Both the position numbers and the translations under genes were made by a program. This document shows positions 7,387 to 15,149 of a DNA stretch of 15,617 bases, piece by piece; the first letter of the stretch is position 1; each line of letters begins with the position of its first letter. The notes beneath the pieces are model-generated. The model worked only from the letters and a program-made list of their open reading frames with translations, did no database searches and was not told the origin of the DNA. Source of the stretch: an uncultured archaeon. Lineage in GTDB: Archaea; Asgardarchaeota; Thorarchaeia; Thorarchaeales; Thorarchaeaceae. The stretch covers positions 1 to 15,617 of the forward strand of contig CAYYQL010000051.1 of the NCBI GenBank assembly GCA_964473825.1, written 5' to 3'.

Positions 7387-7740
7387 CCAGTAGATAGGGG
7401 CTCCGTGAACCGAGGAACTAGTTCTTCGCTGTGAGGAGCTCGGAGAACACAAACATACTGCGAAGCAGGATTTCGTGATGTCCACGGAGCTTACCTGGCG
7501 ATTGGAGGAGAGAATCCTTCGAGGGCTACCTCGCTTTCACCTCGATCATTGAGGAGCTGTCGGGTGTCTGTTAGATGTTTCCTCTGACCGGCTAGTGATC
7601 GCCATTTCTATGCAAGAATGCTTGCAAGCATTCCACTGTTGACAAGTCATCATTTGTTTATGAATCATAGGAACTGCGTAACCGAACTCTTTCAGACGCC
7701 TCATGCCCTATAAACAGAGTATCCCTTGAGAGGCAACTGG
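7387..7740 (+). ncRNA. Candidate structured non-coding RNA, unassigned
   Basis: Lies in a 375-nt gap between convergent genes. Shows mutually compatible nested helices, G-U pairs that mostly favour the + strand, and a K-turn-like CCGA/GUGAUG junction. Folded by eye only; see findings. Confidence 0.4.
7616..7633. repeat. Perfect 18-bp palindrome GAATGCTTGCAAGCATTC
   Basis: The sequence is its own reverse complement. Confidence 0.9.
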
Positions 7741-7749
7741 ATCTTAGCC

Positions 7750-9165
7750 TTAGATTTGGACTTGATCTTGTTTTCTCAATAGAAGTATACCCCCATCGTG
7801 GGACTGAATTGCTGAAACATAATGAACAGGAATGATAACCTTAACGCCGCCTTCATCAGGACGACCACCTCTCTGATCTGCATCTTGCCCTGATGAAGCC
7901 GTGGCGAGGAGAGATGCGGGCGCACCTGTGGAATTCCACCGAACGAATGCAGTCACGGCATAGTGATCTGAAGCCGCATCAGCTGGGTCGACATCGACCA
8001 CAGAGGAGTTAACCAGGCCGTCTGTGAAGAAAGAGTTCACAACTATGTAGTCAATCCTGAAAGAAACCGAAGAGTCTTGGTGGCCGTAGGTATGCCCAGG
8101 TTCCGAAGGATTCAGAGTCCTATACACGTCCGTGAAGTTGTGCACTTCTGAAGAACGATTCCCATAGATAGCATCATCCGGAAAGAGCATCATAGTCATC
8201 GGACCGTAGCCAAGCTCCATTCCCTCTGGTGCTAACTCTCCTGTATCAGCGGGTGAGAATGAATTCTGGTCACTCAGATAGATAATAGGTGCCTCACCCA
8301 AAGCATCCATGTAATTGATGATGCCCTCCATCTCTGCCTCCCTGCGCCAGATATTCGTTTCACCGTCGCTAGCCTTCAGGTGGCCTCCAAAGACATGCAC
8401 CTCTGTCCCATTGATGTCCAATACGGCCTCTATGAAGTCGTGGGTGACATAGTAGTCGGACCCGTCATCCATCGGGACCTTCTCAATCTGATTGAACTGG
8501 AGAATGGGGAAACGGCTGAGGATGGCCTCTCCAGTCGTGGAGTATTCCACGTTCTGAGCGCAGTACGCAACATACGGAAAGTCGTCTTCAAAATATGAGT
8601 TAAGCTCGCTTACTGCCGCATTCAAGTCTTCATTCGCATAGTCATCCCAGAGTCCTGTTTCCACTAAGACTAGGATATCTGGGCTCTCCTGCTTCACTAC
8701 AGTTAGCCAATCAGGATTACGACCAGATTCTTTGATATTGTAGACCATGGTCTTAAACAGACCGTCGTAAGGAGGGAGGACATCTTCGACATTGTCAACA
8801 GAGACCTCAAAGCTCCTTCTGTCAAACCACCCAGAGCTGTCGTGGGCCTCAATTCGAAGTGTATGCTTTCCATCCGGGTACTCAGTGGTGTTCCAAGCAT
8901 AGAGATTCGATTTGGTCTTGTTTATCCCATCAATGAAGATTGTTGCACTCAGGTCCTCTTCGTCGATGACAGAAACGTTGATTGTAACTACTCCAGACAG
9001 CGTCGCCCTCGGCTCGGGATTGATGACCTCAATTATCGGCGGTCTATTGCGCTCTTCCTGTGTAGGCGTTGAGGTAAAATGAAGGAATAGAAAGACTGAG
9101 GAAGTAGCTATCAACACGAGTACTAGAACCAGAATGGCCATCTTCTTGGGGTTCATCACGAGCAC
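7750..9165 (-). CDS. Exported or membrane-anchored protein with an Ig-like (Big) domain and an endonuclease/exonuclease/phosphatase (EEP) domain
   Basis: N-terminal KK + hydrophobic helix. Ig-like segment NRPPIIEVINP...WNTTEYPDGKHTLRIEAHD. EEP motifs YNI, DILVLVET, AILSRFP, HLKA, SDQN, RIDYI and SDHYAV. An alternative start is ATG9156. Confidence 0.9.
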   Translation of the reverse strand: MLVMNPKKMAILVLVLVLIATSSVFLFLHFTSTPTQEERNRPPIIEVINPEPRATLSGVVTINVSVIDEEDLSATIFIDGINKTKSNLYAWNTTEYPDGKHTLRIEAHDSSGWFDRRSFEVSVDNVEDVLPPYDGLFKTMVYNIKESGRNPDWLTVVKQESPDILVLVETGLWDDYANEDLNAAVSELNSYFEDDFPYVAYCAQNVEYSTTGEAILSRFPILQFNQIEKVPMDDGSDYYVTHDFIEAVLDINGTEVHVFGGHLKASDGETNIWRREAEMEGIINYMDALGEAPIIYLSDQNSFSPADTGELAPEGMELGYGPMTMMLFPDDAIYGNRSSEVHNFTDVYRTLNPSEPGHTYGHQDSSVSFRIDYIVVNSFFTDGLVNSSVVDVDPADAASDHYAVTAFVRWNSTGAPASLLATASSGQDADQRGGRPDEGGVKVIIPVHYVSAIQSHDGGILLLRKQDQVQI

Positions 9166-9274
9166 CTCTTACGGCAAATGCATCAAATGGATTCGGGAGA
9201 TATGAGTTGTTTGATAGAGCATCAGGTCATCTGCCTCGATGGAATCAGGGTATCTTCTGTTACTCCGATAGGAT

Positions 9275-10528
9275 CTATCTGTATTTGTCAGGTTCTTCAG
9301 CGAAGACTTTCTCCTCCGTCTTTCCGGCGCCAGGAGTATCAAGCTCAACGTTCCTCTTTGCCGATCGGTTCTCTGAGAGTATCTCTTTGAAAACCTCATT
9401 CTGAACGATCAGACGCTGGACTTCGTTGCTGCCGGTCCAGATTGTGGCAAGACGAGCATCTCGAAAGAGCCGTTCAATCGGATAGACATCGGTATATCCA
9501 ATGCCCCCAAGAATCTGCATTGCTTCACTGACAACCTCAAGACCAGCCTCTGTGCAAAATGCCTTCGCTTGAGAGACCTCCTTACGACACCATTTGCCAG
9601 AGTCAGCCACCTTTGCAGCTCTATAGACAAGTCCCCGTGCGGCATCAAGTAGCGTGGCACAGTCAGCCACTTTGAAACTGATCCCCTCGAACTTTCTGAT
9701 AATCCGTCCGAAGGCCTCCCTCTTGTCAGCATAGCGAACTGCAATCTCTAAGGCTGCTCGACCCATTCCGATAGGACCTGCAGCAGATGTCAGGCGCTCA
9801 GGGACCATCATGGCATTGAAGATGTCATTCCCTCCGTGTAAATCGCCAACGAGATTCTCCGCAGGCACTTCCAGGTTCTCGAAGATGATCCGAGCAGCGC
9901 CCATACCACGGCAACCCATGAGCTCGTATTCTTCCTCCACCTTGACCCCCATATCTCGATCTACAAGAAACGCACTGAGCGACTTGTGTGGGGGCGCTTC
10001 GAAGTCAGTCTTGGCATAGATTATGAAGTAGTCAGCACCAACGCCCCCTGCCACAAACCTCTTCTGCCCGTTGATGACAAATGTGTCACCATTCTTCTTG
10101 GCCGTAGTGTTGGTTCCGAAGAAATCGCTGCCACCACGAGGTTCAGTGAGTCCCTCACCACAAATCAGCTTGCCCTCAAGGGTGGGCTTGAGATATTTCT
10201 TCTTCTGCTTCTCAGTTCCGAACTGGTTGATACTCTCTCCCACAATGCTAGGGAGCGAATAGGCACAACCCAGAGCTATTCCCAGTACTCCTATCTCTTC
10301 AATAGCAAGCATCTCAGAGACCCAGCCAAGACCACGACCTCCATATTCCTTCGGAAATCGAAGGCCAAGCAGGTTCTTCTCGGCAGCAGCTTTGATGAAC
10401 TCGTAGGGATACTCTTTCTCCTTTCCATCCATCAACACAAGTAGTTCTGGGTCAATGTCGTCTCTAACGAATGCACGAACCTCATCACGAAGCGTCTTCT
10501 CTTCATCGGTCAACAGGACATCAAACAA
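9275..10528 (-). CDS. Acyl-CoA dehydrogenase
   Basis: FPKEYGG, GLTEPRGGSD, INGQKRF, REAFG..I..F, QILGGIGY, RDARLATIWTGSNEVQR. GAGG precedes the TTG start. Confidence 0.95.
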   Translation of the reverse strand: MFDVLLTDEEKTLRDEVRAFVRDDIDPELLVLMDGKEKEYPYEFIKAAAEKNLLGLRFPKEYGGRGLGWVSEMLAIEEIGVLGIALGCAYSLPSIVGESINQFGTEKQKKKYLKPTLEGKLICGEGLTEPRGGSDFFGTNTTAKKNGDTFVINGQKRFVAGGVGADYFIIYAKTDFEAPPHKSLSAFLVDRDMGVKVEEEYELMGCRGMGAARIIFENLEVPAENLVGDLHGGNDIFNAMMVPERLTSAAGPIGMGRAALEIAVRYADKREAFGRIIRKFEGISFKVADCATLLDAARGLVYRAAKVADSGKWCRKEVSQAKAFCTEAGLEVVSEAMQILGGIGYTDVYPIERLFRDARLATIWTGSNEVQRLIVQNEVFKEILSENRSAKRNVELDTPGAGKTEEKVFAEEPDKYR

Positions 10529-10613
10529 GTCTCTAACCTCGCAATGAACCTGAAGGACAAGGGGGCATAAAGACTCTGCCGATTCCTCTCGTCAATCCTG
10601 TAGCAGACTGGAA

Positions 10614-10946
10614 CTAGCCAAGGAGCGCATCGAGAGTATCGTCAGAACCGACCTCACTCTGGACACATATAGCCTCCGTTGGACAGGCAACCTCACACGC
10701 CAAGCAGAATATGCAGAGTTCTTCTTTGACCGGGTCAACAACCGTGACCTCTTCATAGACAATCTCGATAAATACATCTACGGGGCAGACATCTTTGCAC
10801 TTCATACACGCGATGCATGAATCAAAATGAACGCCAACGATGGTTCCGTGTATTTCATCTCCGGGGATCTCATGCGCCCAGACAGCATGGCCTGCATGTT
10901 GACCGGTGACGTGCCACCGTTGGCGGTAACTCCTATCAATCGTCAC
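10614..10946 (-). CDS. zfx: Zinc-containing dicluster ferredoxin (Zfx-type)
   Basis: CIACMKC...CP and CIFCLAC...CP cluster motifs. The N-terminal extension ID.SYR....GQHAGH.V...IHGTIVGV.FD.C matches the Sulfolobales Zfx pattern. GTG10946 overlaps the MFS stop and is preferred over the track start at 11021. Confidence 0.85.
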   Translation of the reverse strand: MTIDRSYRQRWHVTGQHAGHAVWAHEIPGDEIHGTIVGVHFDSCIACMKCKDVCPVDVFIEIVYEEVTVVDPVKEELCIFCLACEVACPTEAICVQSEVGSDDTLDALLG

Positions 10947-12360
10947 GGCCAAGACCTTGTTCAGTGAAATCTTCATTCTGCTCTGTGGGAGCGGCGGCAC
11001 GCATTTCATTTTCATCCTCATTCACAGTTGGGTCGACAGCGAGCACCGTCTGACCCGCTGCTATTGCTTCGAAGTCTGGGTCCAAGTCGACCTTGAACAG
11101 GACCAGAACTGATAGAAGCACGAATATTCCCGCAACAGGACCCCACAGTATGTACCCCATGGTCACCAACTGCTCTGGACTGCCGACAACAGGAAGATTC
11201 CTTGGGAGATCCAGAATCACGCCCATGAGCATCGCAGAGAAGGCCTGTGATATGTTGAGGGGTATAGAGGGAAATCCGGTATAGATGCCAGCCTTACCCT
11301 CACCTGTTAGGATCTCGTCTTTATGCGCAAAATCTGCATATACTATGTAAGGGAAGAGATAGTATCCCGCAACTGAGGCTGCCACCAAAGCTATGAGAAT
11401 GAAACCAACGAGTTTGCTCGCCACAACCACCGTGAAAGGAAGTGCAATGCCACCTAGAAGCATGGCAGCCTGCAAGGTCACACGCTTGCCCTTGTTCTTT
11501 ATGCCCCAGCGCCAGATTAGGAAGAACACGAAGACGACAAGCAAGAGCTCGACTCCGAAGATAACTAGATCCAGCATTCCAAAGCTTAGGTAGTCGTTCA
11601 CAAATGGGAAGGCTAGAGAGGTCACCATTGCAAACCCGACAGATAGAAGCCCCTGGGCCAACAGCCAACCAAGAAAATCGCGGTTTTCCAACACGACTCC
11701 CAAGTCCTTTTTCAGACCAGGCTGAGGGATGAATTTCCCCTCTTGTTTCAGATTGACCATTGACGGGATAAAACCGACAACCTGAATCACCATGATTGCG
11801 ATGATCATGAAAAGAATCTCAGTGGGAAGACCATATCCTACAGAGAGTCCGGCAAGTAGTGAGGTCATTAGTACACCAACAACAAATCCCAGGAAGTTGG
11901 CCACGTTCTGCCATTGAGAAACCGAGGGGCGCTCCTCTGGCTCCGTCAGTTCGGGCATCCATGACTGGAACGGCGTGGTAACCATGCCATAGAGCATCTT
12001 GAACGCTGCAAGAGTCACTGTTGCATAAATGAATAGTCCAATCACGTCATTCTGGGCCACGAACCAGTGCGGCGTGAAGATGAACAGAAACGAGAGGGCC
12101 ATCAGTGGCGCACCAATGATGACGTAGGGTTTTCTACGGCCCCATCTCTCTGTCGGTGTCCTGTCACTAAGATACCCGAACGCGAATTGAGATGCTGCAA
12201 TAACAAGGTAACTTATTGCCAGTGAGATTCCTGTATAGATTCCTGGAAGATTCTGAAATGAGTAATAGAAAAGCGTAGTTGCAAGCGAGAGCATGTCGAG
12301 CATGATGCTAGGCCCAAGTCGAGCCATACCGAAGTAGATCTTCTGAAGTCGTGTTAGCAA
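10936..12360 (-). CDS. MFS transporter of the glycoside-pentoside-hexuronide (MelB/GPH, MFS_2) family
   Basis: FGYLSDRT..RWGRRKPY, PFQSWMPELT...ER, GKR, YAD...DE..TG...G.Y.G, and ~12 TM segments. TTG12360 follows AGGAGTGAGG. Confidence 0.9.
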   Translation of the reverse strand: MLTRLQKIYFGMARLGPSIMLDMLSLATTLFYYSFQNLPGIYTGISLAISYLVIAASQFAFGYLSDRTPTERWGRRKPYVIIGAPLMALSFLFIFTPHWFVAQNDVIGLFIYATVTLAAFKMLYGMVTTPFQSWMPELTEPEERPSVSQWQNVANFLGFVVGVLMTSLLAGLSVGYGLPTEILFMIIAIMVIQVVGFIPSMVNLKQEGKFIPQPGLKKDLGVVLENRDFLGWLLAQGLLSVGFAMVTSLAFPFVNDYLSFGMLDLVIFGVELLLVVFVFFLIWRWGIKNKGKRVTLQAAMLLGGIALPFTVVVASKLVGFILIALVAASVAGYYLFPYIVYADFAHKDEILTGEGKAGIYTGFPSIPLNISQAFSAMLMGVILDLPRNLPVVGSPEQLVTMGYILWGPVAGIFVLLSVLVLFKVDLDPDFEAIAAGQTVLAVDPTVNEDENEMRAAAPTEQNEDFTEQGLGRDD

Positions 12361-12462
12361 TATCCTCACTCCTTGGAAACCGTATAGGAAGCAAGAATAC
12401 ATTCTACTATTAAGCACTGTCGGGTGAACTCTGAGAGGACGATTGGGGCCCTCAAATCCCTA

Positions 12463-15084
12463 CTACTCTGTGTACTGACTCGGATTCTCGTCGAATGTCT
12501 GCTTACAGTAGGGAGCACAGAAGTAATACCGTTCGCCTTCGTAGTCGGAGTACAGCTCTGCAGTGGCCGGGTCTACTTCCATCTTGCAAATAGGATCGAT
12601 GGCGATGGTGCTCTCGGATTCCTTTTCTGAAACATCCTCCTCTTCAATAGACTCCGTCGGATCGAATCGGTTCAGCAGAAGTGCATTGCTCACCACAGAC
12701 ACACTTGACATTGCCATGGCGAGTCCAGCAAACTCCGGACGTAATGCCAGTCCAAAGAAGGGATAGAATAGACCAGCTGCGATGGGCAGCAATGCCATGT
12801 TGTAGATGAACGCCCAGAAGAAGCCCTGTCTTATCTTGACCATTGTCTTCTTACCGAGTTTTATGGCGGCAACAACATCCATGAGGTCATCGCGGACAAG
12901 CACAATCTCTCCAGTTTCCACGCTTACATCGGTTCCCGAGCCTAGTGCTATTCCTACATCAGCCTGAGCAAGAGCGGGGGCATCATTGACTCCGTCGCCT
13001 GTCATGGCAACAACCTTTCCTTCGTTCTGTAGTTCTTTGACTTTGTCAGCTTTGTCCGCAGGAAGAACTTCAGACAGGACATTCTCAATTCCGATCTTCT
13101 CTGCAACAGCTCTTGCAGTGCGTTCTTTGTCGCCGGTTATCATCCACACATCAAGGCCCATCTTCTTGAGGGATTTCACTGCGCTCATTGACGAAGTTTT
13201 GATGGCGTCTGCGATGCCGATCACCACCAATGGTTTGTTGTTTCTAGAAGCATAGACAGTTGTCTTTCCTTGTTCTTGAAGTCCTGCGCTGTGATGTTCT
13301 AGTTCTGAGATATCAATACCACTAGCGCGAAGATACTCAGCCTTGCCAACGCGTATCTCATTCCCATTGACTATCGCCTGAACTCCGCTACCTTGCTCAT
13401 AGTTGAAGTCTTCACTCGATGGAATATCGACCTCCTCTTTCTGAGCGTATCTTATTATTGCTTCAGCCAACGGGTGCTCGCTGTTCTTCTCAACTGCGGC
13501 AATCTCGGATAGAGCCAGTTCCTTGTCAATGCCTGGAAGCAGAATGAAGTCTGTGACTGTTGGTCTTCCAACGGTGAGAGTTCCTGTCTTGTCAAATATG
13601 ATCGTGTCTATCTTCGGTATAGTTTCAAGCCCTGCACCAGTCTTGATCAAGATACCAGACTGAGCACCCTTGCCTAGTCCCACCATGATTGCAGTGGGTG
13701 TGGCAAGGCCGAGTGCACATGGACAAGCTGCAACAAGAACAGCGATGGTAAAACTCAGAGCCAGAGTCCACTCTGCTGCTCCTATGAACAACCACCCAAG
13801 GAATGTGGCAAGAGCAATCACGTGAACGAATGGAACGAAGACTTCTGCAATAGCGTCAGCCCTTCGTTGAATTGGAGGTTTTTCACTCTGAGCTTCCTCT
13901 ACAAGCTTGACAATCTGAGATAACATAGTGTCCTGGCCCACTTGTGTGGCTTCGATCCGGAGGACACCATTCTTGTTGATGGTAGCACCAACTACCTGAT
14001 TACCCGGGGTCTTGTCGACCGGGATGGGCTCACCAGTGATCATCGATTCGTCCACTTTTGATTCACCTTGGACTACCCTCCCATCGACTGGAATCTTCTC
14101 TCCAGGACGGACTAATATGGTATCGCCAACTTCAACATCTTCAACTGGTAAAGTGATCTCTTCACCATCTCTTACCACTATAGCTATATTGGCCTGCAGG
14201 TCCATGAGGCCTCTGATGGATCTTGAGGTTCTTCCCTTTGCAATGGCTTCCAAGAATCTGCCCAGGATTATGAATGCAATCAGCCAAGCTGAAGTGCTGT
14301 AGAAAGGCACAAAATCAGGGAAGATGAACGTGGCCGCCACAGAGAAGAAATATGCTGCGCTTGTTCCGAGCATTATCAGTGTGTCCATGTTGGTCTTTCT
14401 GTGTACTAAGCCTCTAAGTCCGGATTTGTAGAATGGATAGCCAGCAACAAACTGAACGGGCGTTGCTAGTAAGAACATGAAAATATCTAGGGCAATAAAG
14501 GGCTGAATAAGGGGAGTTAGTAGTCCAAATCCTGCAAGCGCAAGAGGGATTGTGAAGACCAATGAAAACAGCAGAAGAGCCCCGTAATAACGGATCTCTG
14601 TCTCTCTGGCCAGCGTCTCTCTATCGCCGAGAGCCTCAGTGCTGCTTGCAACCTCGAACCCCTGTTCTTCTATGACGCGTTTGACCATCTTTGCAGTCAC
14701 CAAGTCGTCGTCATACTCTACAATCACTCTCCCCGAATCAAGAAAGGTCTTTGTTGACATGATTCCATCTATCGACTCAACTCCTTCTATCAGGGATTCC
14801 CATTGCTTCGTAGTCGGCTTGGGGTCCAATGTAAGTGTCATCGTGGGACGCTTTGGGCTGTACCCCACAGATTCCACGGCATGCTCCAATCTTTGCCTGT
14901 CCACTCGCTCAGGATCGTAGTTGATGACCGCCTTCTCATCAAGAAGACTCACTGTCGCCTTGATCACACCATCTTCATTGAGAAGTGATTTCTCGATGGT
15001 CGCCACACAAGAAGCACAGTGCATGCCTTCGATCTTCATCGACATACGTGACTTGTTGCTCTTATCTTGCTCACTCATACCCAT
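12463..15084 (-). CDS. copA: Cu(I)-translocating P1B-1 ATPase with N-terminal HMA, a second Cys-less HMA-like domain and C-terminal YHS/TRASH domain
   Basis: [56 protein letters not shown]-terminal DPICKM...YYFCAPYC...F.ENP. Confidence 0.95.
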   Translation of the reverse strand: MGMSEQDKSNKSRMSMKIEGMHCASCVATIEKSLLNEDGVIKATVSLLDEKAVINYDPERVDRQRLEHAVESVGYSPKRPTMTLTLDPKPTTKQWESLIEGVESIDGIMSTKTFLDSGRVIVEYDDDLVTAKMVKRVIEEQGFEVASSTEALGDRETLARETEIRYYGALLLFSLVFTIPLALAGFGLLTPLIQPFIALDIFMFLLATPVQFVAGYPFYKSGLRGLVHRKTNMDTLIMLGTSAAYFFSVAATFIFPDFVPFYSTSAWLIAFIILGRFLEAIAKGRTSRSIRGLMDLQANIAIVVRDGEEITLPVEDVEVGDTILVRPGEKIPVDGRVVQGESKVDESMITGEPIPVDKTPGNQVVGATINKNGVLRIEATQVGQDTMLSQIVKLVEEAQSEKPPIQRRADAIAEVFVPFVHVIALATFLGWLFIGAAEWTLALSFTIAVLVAACPCALGLATPTAIMVGLGKGAQSGILIKTGAGLETIPKIDTIIFDKTGTLTVGRPTVTDFILLPGIDKELALSEIAAVEKNSEHPLAEAIIRYAQKEEVDIPSSEDFNYEQGSGVQAIVNGNEIRVGKAEYLRASGIDISELEHHSAGLQEQGKTTVYASRNNKPLVVIGIADAIKTSSMSAVKSLKKMGLDVWMITGDKERTARAVAEKIGIENVLSEVLPADKADKVKELQNEGKVVAMTGDGVNDAPALAQADVGIALGSGTDVSVETGEIVLVRDDLMDVVAAIKLGKKTMVKIRQGFFWAFIYNMALLPIAAGLFYPFFGLALRPEFAGLAMAMSSVSVVSNALLLNRFDPTESIEEEDVSEKESESTIAIDPICKMEVDPATAELYSDYEGERYYFCAPYCKQTFDENPSQYTE

Positions 15085-15113
15085 CAGCCCAATTCAACGT
15101 GTTAACGATAGTG

Positions 15114-15137
15114 CATCGCGTTATTAAACTTGCGATG
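15114..15137 (-). promoter_or_regulatory. Putative copA promoter: TATA box TTTAATAA (15121-15128, - strand) enclosed by the inverted repeat CATCGC/GCGATG
   Basis: AT-rich box ~37 nt upstream of the copA ATG, flanked by perfect 6-bp inverted arms. Confidence 0.45.
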
Positions 15138-15149
15138 AGTACCTCTGAT

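Noticed and set aside
7387-7500. H/ACA or box C/D guide RNA
   Set aside because: There is no ACA after the lower stem, and the minus-strand AUGAUGA near 7650 has no CUGA at guide distance.
7655-7705. Eukaryote-like SECIS on the - strand (AUGA...AAA...UGAU)
   Set aside because: Helix II is too short and mismatched, and no neighbouring gene has an in-frame UGA at a Cys-like position.
7394-7705. Recoded (Sec/Pyl) or small protein in the convergent gap, e.g. a + frame with several TGA codons or a 52-aa - strand ORF
   Set aside because: No recognisable motifs or good start context were found, and the antisense frames contain mixed stop types.
7376-7730. MITE/IS remnant with terminal inverted repeats CTCAAGAGAT/ATCCCTTGAG
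   Set aside because: The arms match at only 9 of 10 bp, with no target-site duplication, transposase or second copy in the window. It is kept only as an alternative hypothesis.
7387-7740. RNase P RNA: length, P1/P2-like end closure, GAGGAA at 7412, UGCAAG at 7611 and AAACAGA at 7712 are suggestive
   Set aside because: The universally conserved P4 helix (GAGGAAnnUCC pairing with a 3' GGCU-type strand) cannot be built, and no P3 fits before GAGGAA. It is left unassigned pending cmsearch.
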